DNA from: Eledone cirrhosa
Lineage: Eukaryota
Assembly: GCA_964016885.1 (NCBI GenBank)
Contig: OZ024754.1
Coordinates: 26,722,001-26,786,000, forward strand
DNA length: 64,000 bases
Reading direction: 5' to 3'
This document shows, piece by piece, positions 33,955 to 49,029 of the stretch (within the stretch, counting starts at the first letter, position 1; each line of letters starts with the position of its first letter). The notes under the pieces were generated by a model. That model was not told the DNA's origin and made no database searches. It saw only the letters and a program-made list of their open reading frames with translations. The translations under genes and the position numbers were made by a program.

Positions 33955-34093
33955 GTGTGTGTGTGTGTATAGGTATATGTGTATATATATATGTATATAT
34001 ATATATATGTATATGTATATATGTATATATATGTATATGTAAATATATATATATGTATATGTATATATGAATATTTATATATATATACATGTA

Positions 34094-34124
<31 letters not shown>

Positions 34125-34204
34125 ATATATATATATATGTATATATATGTATATGTATATGTATATATGTATATATATGTATATATATATAGATAGATAA
34201 ATAT

Positions 34205-34620
34205 ACACGGGTGTGTATGATTGTGTATAGAAGAGTATATTAATAAAAGGAGTTCCAACTTTGTCTGATTTGCTAGTTTTATTTACAACCCTTTAAAATT
34301 TATAATGGTATTAGAATGAAATAGTATGGTAGAATATTAAATGTTAAGTGTTAATTGAACAAGTACTTTCATGCTTTCGCAATCTTCAGGTTCATAATGT
34401 GTGGTGATAGTCAAGTTAGCAATCTTCACAGTTGAAAATTGCAAACTTGACTGTCACCACACATTATGAACCTGAAGATTGCGAAAGCATGAAAGTACTT
34501 GTTCAATTAACACTTAACATTTAATATTCTACCATACTATTTCATTCTAATACCATTATAAATTTTAAAGGATTGTAAATAAAACGAGCAAATCAGACAA
34601 AGTTGGAATTCCTTTTAATA
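34205..34620. repeat. Asymmetric fold-back element in (TA)n
   Basis: About 185-bp inverted arms around 34430 plus an unpaired left tail; hammerhead in each arm. Confidence 0.9.
34468..34504 (+). ncRNA. Minimal type I hammerhead ribozyme (mirror 34357-34393 minus)
   Basis: gaac-CTGAAGA-t tgc gaaa gca t-GAAA-gtac-TT-gttc. Confidence 0.85.
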
Positions 34621-34718
34621 ATATATATATGTATATATATATATATGTATATATGTATATATATATATATGTATATGTATATATGTATATATACATGTAT
34701 ATATATACATGTATATAT

Positions 34719-34762
<44 letters not shown>

Positions 34763-34809
34763 ATATGTATATTCGTATATATACATGTATATATATATAT
34801 ATGTATATA

Positions 34810-34844
<35 letters not shown>

Positions 34845-34997
34845 GTATATGTGTATATATACATGTATATATATATATATATGTATATATGTATATATAT
34901 ATTTTAATAAATATTTGCTCTACGGTTCTTATATATTTGATATATATTTATCCTTATCGAGCCCTCTTTGGATTTTAGTCTTCAAATTTATTATTAT

Positions 34998-35056
<59 letters not shown>

Positions 35057-35280
35057 ACACACAAGTGAGGTTTTTTTACAAAATGAAAAATAACAGAGGT
35101 GTCCTACACGAGTGAAAGTATAAAGAAAAAAAGATGAAATCGAAAATGTAACTGGAGTCTTATTTAAAAAAAATATATATATTTATTTGGTTCCTTTACC
35201 GGTTTCGCAGTTCTTCTGCTTTTCAAAAGTAGAGTTGAGATGGACGGTCTGTGGTTTTTCTCACATATATATATATATAT

Positions 35281-35311
<31 letters not shown>

Positions 35312-35664
35312 CCGTTTTTCGTCCATTCTTCCACGCTAGCATGAGTTAGACGGGTTGTCCTGTCGTGGGCAGTGCCCGGTCAGCTGGCCTTGTGTTGCTC
35401 ATACGGGAACTAATTCTGGCTTGATTTCTACAGTTGGATGCCCTTCCTAACACCAACCTCATTTATAGTGAGTGCTGGGTGCTTTTTTTCCGTGGCGCCT
35501 ACACGACCACTTTACAGTGTGGACTGGGTGCTTTTTTACTGCGGCACCTACACGACTACTTTGCAGCGGGAGGGGGTGGGGGCATATTGTCTATATGCTT
35601 CAGCTTCAGCTTGTACCCGTAGGGAGTCGGGTCTTCTGTATTACTGCATGAGGTCCTCTCTGTC

Positions 35665-36693
<1,029 letters not shown>

Positions 36694-36829
36694 AATACTC
36701 GTATAGTAAGTTTTAGGTTAACAATCTATGGAGTGTTCTAGCTTGAGCAGTCCCCGTCGTGGTTCCCTAAACGGTATTCGGCGGAGTATTTATAATAAGG
36801 GAAGAAGGAGTTAATAAAATTTATATATA

Positions 36830-37445
36830 TATATATCGTTTTTATATTTGTTGAGAAAACCCCCTGCACTGATAAAAAAAATGTATAGTCTGCAGATTAA
36901 GCCCACAATCTGGGAAGATGTACGGAAGAACAGTGTAGGGATAGGAACACGACATGCATAGATGAAACGGTCCGGTCCGTAGCATAGCAAAAATGATAAA
37001 CGACACATAATGTCTAAACTAATAAGATAAACAGACCCACCCGCTACATAAACGATCCGACACACACAGTTAGAACAAGCAACCAACTAGTGACAAGCAG
37101 GAAAGAGAGAAAATAAATAAATAAATAAACAAGTAAATAAATTAAGCACACACACACGCACGCGCGAACGCGCGCGCGTATATAGTGCATGCGCGGCCAG
37201 TACACATCTTACAAAAACAAGATGGTGTAAGACAAAATGAAGGAGAGACAAAAAATAACAACAAAAGTAGTCACTGAGAAGGTCACAGAATGTGTGATGA
37301 ACGAGCTTTGATGACAATCAACGATTAAACAACCATTCAGTTATTAATCTAACCGACTGGGAAATTATAATAATAAATTGAACTGAAAACCAACAGGTGC
37401 GTGCGTTTTTTTATTGGCAGCACGACTCCCCCAAAGTATAACAAT
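36830..37445 (+). mobile_element. Decayed Penelope 3' end plus pLTR (same family as 41210-41700 fold-back)
   Basis: gtcactgagaaggtcacagaatgtgtga...aaccaacaggtgcg...cccaaagtataacaatat shared with 41466-41640 and similar to the end of 24566-28140. Confidence 0.65.
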
Positions 37446-37951
37446 ATATATAAATATATATATATATGTGTGTGTGTGTATGTATGTGTGTGTGCATGTG
37501 TGTGTGGGGGGTCTATATGTGTATGTATATATATATATGCGTGTGAGTGTGTATATATGTGTGTCTATATGTGTATGTATATATATATGTGCGTGTGAGT
37601 GTGTATATATGTGTGTCTATATGAGTATGTATATATATATGTGCGTGTGAGTGTGTATATATGTGTGCATGTGTATGTGGGTATATGTGTGCATGTATAT
37701 ATATATATATATGTGCGTGCGTCCACGCGCATGTGGGTGTTCATTTTATGTCCCGTAATTTAGTGATTCGACAAAAAAAAAAGGATCGATATAATAATTA
37801 GCAGAATTGAAAAAATAATACGTACTGGGTCGATATGATTCATTGAAATTCGTTCATGTCGGTGTTTCAGCATGGCCGTGGTCTAATGACTAAAACCAGT
37901 GAAACAATGAATGAATAATCGAACCCAAACTCTAACTTTCTTTAATTTCAG

Positions 37952-38139
37952 TGAGAAAATCATCAAATTACAACAATACAGAAGACGGTATTACTGTACG
38001 ATTTTCACTGCGTACCTACAATGACACGTCCTTAATTGGGAAAACATTCCACATCGGAGCTGCAGTTCTGGTTGGACCTAAATATATATGGACTATCCGA
38101 ATGCCAGTTGAGGTCATACCAAGACAACCATATACACAA
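37952..38139 (+). CDS. Exon 10: repeat domain 2, second part
   Basis: tttaatttcag|(M)RKSSNYNNTEDGITVRF...IGAAVLVG...RQPYTQ|gtaagt; phase 1 to 0. Confidence 0.9.
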
Positions 38140-38171
38140 GTAAGTTAAGTTAAACTACATAAGTATGCATG

Positions 38172-38252
<81 letters not shown>

Positions 38253-38493
38253 GTGAGTTTTTTTTAACAAAATGAAAAATAACCGAGGTGTCCTACACGA
38301 GTGAAAGTATATGGAAAAAAGATGAAATCGAAAATGCAACTGGAGTCTTTTTTTTTTTAAATATATATATTTATTTGGTTCCTTTACCGGTTTCGCAGTT
38401 CTTCTGCTTTTCAAAAGTAGAATTGAGATGGACGGTTTTGGTTTTTCTCACATCAGATGTGAGAAAAACCACAAACCCTCCATCTCAATTCTA

Positions 38494-38529
38494 CTTTTGA
38501 AAAGCAGAAGAACTGCGAAACCGGTAAAG
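38494..38529 (+). ncRNA. Hammerhead ribozyme, U3-A8 core variant (copies 38382-38417 minus and 35194-35229 minus)
   Basis: ctt-TTGAAAA-gcag aagaa ctgc-GAAA-ccgg-TA-aag. Confidence 0.72.
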
Positions 38530-38596
38530 AAACCAAATAAATATATATATTAAAAAAAAAAAAGACTCCAGCTACATTTTCGATTTCATCTTTTTT

Positions 38597-38678
<82 letters not shown>

Positions 38679-38786
38679 GTGGTTACACAAGAGTTAGTTC
38701 ACCATACCGAGAACAATTATTTCACCTTAGCGGATCCTCAGCTCGTAATGGACATGGTTATACGGAACATATAACCATGTCCATTA

Positions 38787-38824
38787 CGAGCTGAGGATCC
38801 GCTAAGGTGAAACAATTGTTCTTG
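38787..38824 (+). ncRNA. Minimal type I hammerhead ribozyme (mirror 38708-38745 minus)
   Basis: cgag-CTGAGGA-t cc gctaa gg t-GAAA-caattg-TT-cttg. Confidence 0.78.
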
Positions 38825-39016
38825 GTATGGTGAACTAACTGTTGTGTAACCACTTCTACCTAACTCGTCCCGTGGACTAAGTGCTCTACCACTACGGATA
38901 TTACCTTCCAGTGTTCTACCTATATATATATATATATATATATATATGAATATGTGTGTCTGTGTGTGTGTATACGTGTGTTAGGTTTAAAATTTAAAAT
39001 TTGTAACTTTCTGAAC

Positions 39017-39074
<58 letters not shown>

Positions 39075-39440
39075 TAGAAGTCAATAGGCTAGAATTTATG
39101 TCGTTTATTCGTTACAAAATCGCTGTTATACTTATGTCGATAACTGTTATGTAACTGTTACCACTTTATCAGACAGCTATTAAATGAACAAAAATTTACA
39201 CGAATATAAATAAGATGACATAGGTCGTAACTATAGGTTTATGCAAGTAATGTATGTGTATGAATATACAACATGTGTGTAATTATATTTATTTGTGCAT
39301 GTGTACACCTGCAGTCACTCATTTATTTCTAATTCCCATTTTAACAGCTTTCCTAAAGCAATCGCAATGAAAGAATAAAAATCTTATTTACTGAAACTTA
39401 AATCATTTTTTCTAATTTTTTCTTTACTTTCATTTTTTAG

Positions 39441-39890
39441 GCACAGTCAATGTTCGTTTCAATTGGAGGGAAACACTCAGTCAACGCTGGCGAGCCATCA
39501 ATTGCTTTACTGACTATTTTAATTGCGAATAATGGAACATTGGATATCGACATTGAACTAACTTTACCACCAGCTAGTTCACAGATGGGCATTTGCAAAT
39601 TATCTGTTACAAAGAACGGAAAAAACATTCCATGCGTGAGAATTAAGTCAAATTACTATCAGCATTCGCTCGAAAAAGCATATTTGAAACTTCAAAGTGT
39701 GTCTGTACACCGAGACGGAAATTCTATGGATAATGAAATAGAAATTGAGATGGTGGTTAAGCCAAGTGAATCTGTTCCGATAGGAACTTATCCGGTAAAA
39801 GTGATGGTCATTGCAACATCAAACCAGGTCGAGACCAAGGATCTAGAATACAACATCGAAGTTATAGGTGCAGCTAACGAAGCTCAAACA
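39441..39890 (+). CDS. Exon 11: repeat domain 3 (single exon)
   Basis: cattttttag|AQSMFVSIGG...MGICKLSVTKNGKNIPC...ANEAQT|gtaaga; 150 codons, phase 0 to 0. Confidence 0.9.
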
Positions 39891-39937
39891 GTAAGAACCC
39901 AATTTGTTTCGTTATATGTTATATCACTAAACAGTTT

Positions 39938-40007
<70 letters not shown>

Positions 40008-40015
40008 CCTCTCTC

Positions 40016-40084
<69 letters not shown>

Positions 40085-40120
40085 CCTCTCTCTCTCTCCC
40101 TCTCTCTCCCTCTCTCTCTC

Positions 40121-40211
<91 letters not shown>

Positions 40212-40410
40212 ATTAAATATATATATATATATATATATATGTAACATTGGTATATATATATGTATATCACCTTGATCACCTTGACCGACCAGTCTGTCGG
40301 GCGCCAATCGGCGCCGCTGGTCACAGCACGTCGTGCTGTTTTAGCCATAAGATAACGCCATTCCACTGGGTGGGCGGGCAGGCTGGTACTCATTTCTACA
40401 GCTGAGTAAA

Positions 40411-40456
<46 letters not shown>

Positions 40457-40459
<3 letters not shown>

Positions 40460-40826
40460 AAATTAAGATAAATCAAAATGAATTTAATCTAAATCAAAAT
40501 TATGGGTGTCATGCTAGAAAGGCATGCGCCATATCACCCGTAAAATAAGCTCTAAGATTCTAATGAATAGGTCCGAGCATTTTATAACAACTAGACATTG
40601 ATTAACATATAAATAAACATATGAAACAATCACAGGGGATAATTTTTACAAGTGTCTAACCACACATAGCTAGGTAGGTAACTAAATAAAGTTAACTAGA
40701 ACTTCAAAACTTGAAGTTCTAGTTAACTTTATTTAGTTACCTAGCTATGTGTGGTTACACACTTGTAAAAATTATCCCCTGTGATTGTTTCATATGTTTA
40801 TTTATATGTTAATCAATTTCTAGTTG

Positions 40827-40830
<4 letters not shown>
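40457..40830. repeat. Asymmetric fold-back in (TA)n
   Basis: Arms about 40584-40707 and 40711-40830 with a ~125-nt left tail. Confidence 0.85.
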
Positions 40831-40909
<79 letters not shown>

Positions 40910-41137
40910 AAACACCTGATGTTCTTACATTGAGCTATTTCTCTTACTGGTAATAAGGTAGTAATAAATTACTGACCTTCCCTGTTTATAGTTGTTTATA
41001 GTATAGTATATACATAAATAGTATCTTTAATATTATATATATATATATATATTATATATATATATATGTATATGTGTATATATATGTGCATATATGTATA
41101 TATATATATGTATATAAGTATATATATATATATATAA

Positions 41138-41183
<46 letters not shown>

Positions 41184-41338
41184 ACATATATATATGTATA
41201 TATGAACATATATATTGTTATACTTTGGGAGGGTCATGCAGCCAATAAAAACACACGCACCTGTTGGTTTTCACTTCAATTTATTATAAATTTCCGGTTG
41301 GCTGGTTGGTTCGATAACCGGAAGGTTGTTTATATGTT

Positions 41339-41381
41339 GTCAAAGCTCTTTCGTCACACATTCTGTGATCTCCTCAGTGAC
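41339..41381 (-). ncRNA. Type I hammerhead ribozyme (variant mirror 41466-41508 plus)
   Basis: gtca-CTGAGGA-ga tcaca gaatg tgtga c-GAAA-gagc-TT-tgac. Confidence 0.78.
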
Positions 41382-41701
41382 TAGGTTTTTATTTTGTGTG
41401 TCTCTCCTTTGTTCTGTCCTACACCATCTTGTTTTTGTGTGAGAGACACACAAAATAAAAACTTACCCACTGAGGGAGTCACAGAATGTGTGACGAAAGA
41501 GCTTTGACAATATATACTCAACCTTCTGGTTATCGAACCAACCAACCAACCTAGCGGGAATTTATAATAAATTGAAGTGGAAACCAACAGGTGCGTATGT
41601 TTTTATTGGTAACATGACCCACCCAAAGTATAACAATATCGGTTTCAACAGACGTTTTCAGATAATAAATCTCGCAAAACAAATTCAAGAACGAATTATA
41701 T

Positions 41702-41758
<57 letters not shown>

Positions 41759-42056
41759 GGGTTCAATCGGGAGTAACCACAGTAAGTAAGGTACTCAACA
41801 CATAGCACAGTTTTTATATTTAATATATAGAAATGGTTTCTACAGGACTAGAACTGTTTCATTCGGGAGAAATCATCAGGATATGTATATATATATATAT
41901 ATATATGCATATGCATATATGTGTGTGTATATATGTATATATATATATGAAACGCGCGTTCTATTTATTATGAATTCTTTGTGCATTCTTTTTAGTTTCA
42001 ATTGATTATATGTAAAATTGTATATATATATATATATACAATTGTATATATATACA

Positions 42057-42132
<76 letters not shown>

Positions 42133-43353
42133 CATACATATATATCGTGCTATAAAATACAATAACTTTTCCCTGACGTGACATAACATTTTATGTATAC
42201 ATATTATAGCTTAATTGCTACAAATTGTTTTTCTTGTCTCTTACTCCATTGACAGCGCTATGGCTTATGTCAGGCGCCATGCTCCAGGTTGGACCAGCAG
42301 TACCGTTAGTAGCGGTCGAAACAGCAAAAGTCCATAGCAGCTGCCGATGACCCCGGAGTTCTGTGTTTTTCATTTGTATTATTATTTTCAAAAAATAATT
42401 TTTTAAATCTTGGCTTGAAAAACAATTTTTTTTTGCCTTGTTTCCGTTCGTTGTCTTGTATTCCCTTTGTTAATTTTCCCACACACATATATATAATAAA
42501 AGGTTAACGGGACTGGCATATGGTTTCCCTGCTAGTACCGATTGCCTATATATATATATCAAAAGTATATATTGAGTTAGAATCTCACAATAGTCCCTTA
42601 TAATTAAAATAGCTCCAGGAAAACATTTTCCGAGCCTTATAACATAATAAAGAGCGACAAACACAGGTATATATATACATATATGCGTTCAAATCACAAG
42701 GGACCTAAACCGCTAGGGTGAAGAAAATAATAACTAAAAATAATACGGTTTGCTGGACTCAATTAGAAGGGTCAATTAAGAATTACAAACCGAATTATGA
42801 TAACTATCAACATCTAGACAGCCTTTGGTAGAACTGTTTCGCAATTAAGTGGAGAGAGTTACAAATCCAATGCTCTTCAGTAGATGTTCGGATTAGTAAT
42901 CTCCTCACTACTAAATATCTTAGAAGACTGGATAATAAGCATGTGTAAGAGAGAAAAACGCACGTGGTATCCCGTGCCTAGTGGGTCGAGTAGAACGTAA
43001 GTTACTAAAAAATAGCAGCCAGACCCACTCAACATGCAAACGTTCGACAAAAGTTTAGGAGCTGAATTTATCAAAAGTATGTATATATAGGTTCATACAG
43101 TTTTCATCTCCTGAATACCACTCACAAGGAAATGCTAAGCCTCAATTAGAATGTTGCCTAGATGAAAATAATTATGAACTGTGTCTGTTGAGATCACAAT
43201 TGCAACATGGGCCTGATAAAATATTTGGCTATTGTTTTCAGCAGTAGATTAAATACATATTACCATTGAAATTGTGCTACTTGAGCGTAACCGGAGGCTT
43301 CCAGGTTTCAGGCAAACATAATTATATCTATTAAGTACACACACACGCACACG

Positions 43354-43386
<33 letters not shown>

Positions 43387-43526
43387 GGATGAATATGTAG
43401 TTTACTTGAAGTATTGTATATGGTATAAAGAATTCGAAGTTTGAAAGCCACGACAATCCAGATTGGACGGATAAATAATGAAGTCGTAAGAAACAAGAGC
43501 TGTTTTGTTACCTTAGTTTATTCACG

Positions 43527-43564
43527 TCCTGATATTTCGAGATCAATGTCTCTTCTTCCGAGGA
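43527..43564 (-). ncRNA. Hammerhead motif with U4G core change inside a fold-back
   Basis: tcct-CGGAAGA-a gaga cattga tctc-GAAA-ta-TC-agga. Confidence 0.55.
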
Positions 43565-43744
43565 AAATAAAGGAACTGTTCCAGTGTCCAATAAGGCTTG
43601 CTTGCTACACAATGCTGTTAAAAGTAGTTTTAATCTCGAAATATCAGGACATGAATGAATTAAGGTAAAAAACATCCCTTGTTTCTTACGTTTTGATTAT
43701 TTATCCGTCCAATCCGCATTGTCGTGGCTTTCAAACTTCGAATT

Positions 43745-43808
<64 letters not shown>

Positions 43809-43882
43809 CGAAGGAATTGTGGTAAGGAACCAGAAATAGCCGTCGAAACGGCTTGAGCTCTGCCGTCGGGGTCATACCTTTT

Positions 43883-43947
<65 letters not shown>

Positions 43948-43959
43948 ATATATATATAT

Positions 43960-43991
<32 letters not shown>

Positions 43992-44509
43992 ATATACTTC
44001 CATTTGTATATATATTATATATATATGTATATATACAATAAGGTATTTTACCTTAGAGTAATAACATTACGTTTAGACAGCTTTGCAAATTGAAGACAGC
44101 GACCGGTAAGCCAGCCGCAGGGACCAAAGCAACGAGAAAACTGACTCAGGAAAATATGACAAACCTGGACCATCGCGTCGATATTATACAATATCTCCGC
44201 TAGGTTTCTGTAAATCCGATATCAGCAAAATTCACTCGCGGGGCATGCAAGTTATTGGTTTTGGAAGATCGAACAGAGGATTCACTTTCTCAACAGGTTT
44301 CTGTTCTCAGCCGCTCCGGTTGTGAATTTTAGCAGTAAACACTGCTTGCAGACACATGGTTTTCCCGAAGGGAAGTAACCCCCGGTTTTGGCGGTCAAAA
44401 TTCAAAATTTGAACAAAGGAATAAATTCCATACATATATATATGTTATCTATTTAGGAGAAAGTGTTATCTTTTTTTTTTTTTTGGCAATACTAGTAACA
44501 TGACTATCC

Positions 44510-44589
<80 letters not shown>

Positions 44590-45149
44590 GGGGATAGTCA
44601 TGTTACTAGTATTGGCAAAAAAAAAAAAAAGATAAACACGCACCATATGATTTTCACTTTATCGTTATTGCTTGTTATTTATTTGTTCGTCAAAGTCTTT
44701 CGTCTCACATTCTTTGATATATATATACGACTGATAAAAATCGAGAAACACGTGCCTAACATTCTCATATGTCACAGCTTAAAATATTTTTAGCGAGTCA
44801 CTTGTATGTTATTTGGTCATTTCATGCTGGTTGTCCCATTTCAATTTCTTTTATATTTCACCTTCTTTTCCTTCCAGTCATTATCCGTGGAGCGCAGCCC
44901 AACTACCTTAGGCCTTAGGCCCAGAGCCCATCACCCTCTCCTCTACGCCTTCCCTTTCTTCTGTGGTCCAAGAATCTTTGCTTTTTTCCTCCTTTTCCTC
45001 ACATTTATATCATTTATAATCCTTTCCTCTACTTTCTCATACAGCCAGATCTGCCCTTCTTTACTGCTTGCGCTTTTTCTCATTACCTAATTTTGTTTTT
45101 GTTTTTGTTTTTCTTTTTCATAATTATATCTTTACGTGTTTATTTGCAG

Positions 45150-45412
45150 AATGAGACATTTAAACCAACTTATTCTCTGGAATCGGTGAACAATAAAAAC
45201 AGTCTCTATTTAGGAGAAAGTGTTAAACTCCACTTAAACATTATATTCCCGTCGGCAGCAATAGTGAAAGGCCTTCACATGGAAACATTTTCACCCAAAC
45301 ATGGTGGCAACTTCCTGTTTTATATTTGTCATGCTAGGGTTGTACGGATTGGAAGAAACCTGCCGTGTATGACATTAGATGATACCGGGATCCAAAACAT
45401 ATACATTCCTAT
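45150..45412 (+). CDS. Exon 12: repeat domain 4, first part
   Basis: tatttgcag|NETFKPTYSL...FYICHARVVRIGRNLPC...YIP|gtaatt; phase 0 to 2. Confidence 0.88.
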
Positions 45413-45503
45413 GTAATTATGGAATTATGTTTACTTTTTCGTTAGATGCGTTAGTTTCGTTATTTTCTCTGCCGTAGTCAATGTCACACTCAATGTTATG
45501 GCT

Positions 45504-45564
<61 letters not shown>

Positions 45565-46543
45565 CCGTTAACTTCGCCGTCTTCATCATCATCACTATCG
45601 CCATCATCGTTAACGTCGTCATTGTCAACATCATCATCATCCTCATGATCAAATCGACAGTCGATCGACAAGATCCCAGACATTCGCTTAAAAGTGGGGT
45701 GCAGCTCGTCAAATCGGACCGAGGAAACAATGTTTCCATTGGTCTTTCCAATTGCTAATGCTATCTATCGGTCCTAAATCAAGGTAGACGGAGCAATGTG
45801 AAATAAAGTGTCTTACTCAAGGACATAACGCATCGCCCAGTCTGGAAATCGAAAAAGGCATATATGTGTTTGTGTATATTCTTCTGGTTTTATAATTTTA
45901 TAAACTTTTACCAATAGAAAGAAAGGGAGTCGGTTTCTAATACAGACACAAGACTCTCTATTGGAATATAAACAACATCATGCATGCAGACATACATATG
46001 TATGTCTGCACACAGCCAGAACAAAGCAATGGAAAAACCCGGGGGAGCCTACAGTTGCCATATATGCATGTATGTATATATACAAACGGTGGACACAGAA
46101 CTCCAGAGTCATCGGTCGTTCAGATGGATTTAGGCAGTTTCGACCCCTATCAACGATACTACTGTTTTTCTCGGGCTCACAGCGTCTGGCAGAAGCCAAA
46201 CGTTGTCCAGTGGAGTAAGAGACAAGAGCCAAAACATTAATTTATAGCAATTAAGCTACAAGTACACATAGACATTTATGTGACGCCAGGGTAAAAGTGT
46301 GGTGCCTCTTATAGTACGAGAGTCGTGAATGAAACAAAGGATAAAAGAGAAAAAAATGAAAAAAGAAAAAAAAATGAAAACAACAAAGCAAACGACACAG
46401 TATAATGAAAAAATGCATTAGTTTAACGCTTGATGTAGTAGGAAATGAGTCCTTATATTTCGGATACTTGTCTTTCGGCAGAAGTTAGAATGAGACATAA
46501 AAGACGACATAGAAACATAGCTCGTGAAAATATGAAAGAACAA

Positions 46544-46608
<65 letters not shown>

Positions 46609-46728
46609 GGGAGGGGGCACGTTTGTATTTAGTCAGCTATCTTGGAGAAAAAAATATATCGATTAATTTCATTTATTGTTTTGAACAATAAAAAAATATA
46701 TATTGCCTTTCGTATTCTATCTATTTAG

Positions 46729-46981
46729 GAGTTCAAACCCAGAGTTAAATTACAAATTGAAAATGACTTTTCCGGATATATATATAACTGATTTATACAA
46801 CGGAACTGACGTCAACGAAACCGACGACAACGCCATAACGATTGAAATAGTATACACACTTCTGCTCCCATTACCAAGCAATAATAAAACCTGGATCACT
46901 GCTGGTTTAACATTTCAGAATAAACTGTGGGTCAGCCAACTTGCCTTTCAGCAGAAAACGGGCGCAATACCAATTCAACAG
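46729..46981 (+). CDS. Exon 13: repeat domain 4, second part
   Basis: ctatttag|(M)SSNPELNYKL...DDNAITIEIVY...TWITAGLTF...IQQ|gtatat; phase 2 to 0. Confidence 0.88.
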
Positions 46982-47077
46982 GTATATTCATGTTATAGTC
47001 AATCTTCTTCTTCTTCTTCTTCTTCTTCTTCTTCTTCTTCTTCTTCTTCTTCTTCTTCTTCTTCTTCTTCTTCTCCA

Positions 47078-47132
<55 letters not shown>

Positions 47133-47518
47133 TAACAGATTATATAACGCTATATATACATTCATATATATATATATATATCGCTATTTCAGAGCACCAA
47201 TTCTAATTTTCAATTTCTGCTGGACCAACGACGCTCTGTATAATCAGTTCCTGATTATTACTGGAATTCTATAAGAATCCAACACACATAATTTTCAGCA
47301 AACAGGAGGGGTAGTGAACTTTGCTAAGTACCAAAAAGTACGAAACAAAACAGAGCTCTGTCAGTTTATCTCCCCTGTTTGCTGAAGATTTAAATAAGTG
47401 ACATTGTCACTATTTTAAAACAATAGCGTATGGTCTTCAAAATGCTTTTAATTAAGCATACAGTGTATTGCAACACTATATATACATTCATATATATATC
47501 GCTATTTCAGAGCACCAA

Positions 47519-47569
<51 letters not shown>

Positions 47570-47590
47570 GTTGTGCATTTGTATTTCTAG

Positions 47591-47876
47591 AATGGAGCCC
47601 AACGAGGTGACATCATTGACGTCAAGCAGTTGCAAACAGTACCAACGGGATATATCATTGGTTATAACATCAGTATAAAGATTCCTCCTTTGATTACGGC
47701 AAGCTTAACTCTGAAAGTTTCAAGTAATAGCTCGGCCCTTTCTCTCTGTACGATAAGATTCATTGCCAAGGGATCTAACATTGCATGCTTCAGAAACACA
47801 ACCACTGACACTCGACGGCTGGATTCCATTATGAAGAAATTCACCCAAATAGAATTTGGAGCCATTACAAATATAG
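47591..47876 (+). CDS. Exon 14: repeat domain 5, first part
   Basis: gtatttctag|NGAQRGDIIDV...LSLCTIRFIAKGSNIAC...IEFGAITNI|gtaggt; phase 0 to 1. Confidence 0.88.
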
Positions 47877-48056
47877 GTAGGTTCATACCGTTCTTTCTTA
47901 GTGTATCAGATTTTCTTTCTTTCGTTCTTGCTTTTACTCTTCACTAGGTTTTCTTTCTCTTGCACACTCACACACACACACACACACACAAAAAAAAATA
48001 GTGTATTTATATATATATATATATATGAACCCCACTACCACACATATATATGTATC

Positions 48057-48132
<76 letters not shown>

Positions 48133-48910
48133 TTTGAAATTTCGTATTCCTAAAGAAATACAGTATGTTTATGGATAAACATTTAGAGAGCTGTAGCTAT
48201 GCAAAACACCGGGACTTAAAACAGGCGAGAATATATAGTTTTCTCGCCTGTGTAAATGAGGTGATTAATCTCCTTTGCATATGAAGCTGCATAAGTTGGC
48301 TCAACTTATAATAGAATAGAATTAGGATTTAGCTTCAGGCATAGCTGTATACAGATATGTATAGAAATTTCGTATTTCTAAAGAAATACACGCGAGAATA
48401 TTTACACAGACGAGAAAACCATATATTCTCGCATGTTTTCATGTCGCAAGTGTTAGAAGGATCGTCCTGATGAGAACCAATTCAGTTCGAAATGCATGGA
48501 CGCTTGTCCTCCTTGCTTCTGCTGGACACCACCAGCTCTTGTGTATAGAAGTGCTCATTCTCCAGTCACCTTCTCAGCAAGGAAGATGAAAAAAAACTTA
48601 CCTCTTAATTTAATCTTTAATTTTTAGTTTTTAATTCTTATTAATTCTTTTTAATTGTAATACTGAACATTTGATAACATGAATTTTAATAATACATCGA
48701 AACCGGTAATACTTTATATACATTATAAAACTCTTTTTAAAAAGAATTAACCCTCTCATTTTTTCAATAATGTCACTTTGACGAATCAAAGAAAAAAAAA
48801 AAGAAGAAAAATAGAACCTAAAATATATTTGACGTGCTATTTCCAGCTTCACCTTTTCTTAATAACCACTGTTTTGTAAAGAACCTTACTGTCCTTTTCT
48901 TATACATATA

Positions 48911-48985
<75 letters not shown>

Positions 48986-49029
48986 GAATTAGGATTTAGC
49001 TTCATGCATGGATAGAGATATGTAAAGGG

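Larger units (their letters stand above)
38248..38920. repeat. Two adjacent asymmetric fold-back elements (38248-38602 and 38674-38920)
   Basis: Inverted arms centred near 38455 and 38766, each with a ~60-nt unpaired tail, separated by (TA)n. Confidence 0.9.

Noticed and set aside
42256-42350. Acceptor-like ttgacag followed by GC-richer sequence as an extra exon
   Set aside because: Exons 11 and 12 already join in phase with complete domains; no family motif and it looks like a decayed repeat
45417-45758. Poly-Asp/Met/Ile ORFs; likewise poly-Ser/Val at 31943-32139
   Set aside because: (ATC)n and (AGT/AGC)n trinucleotide tracts associated with SINE ends
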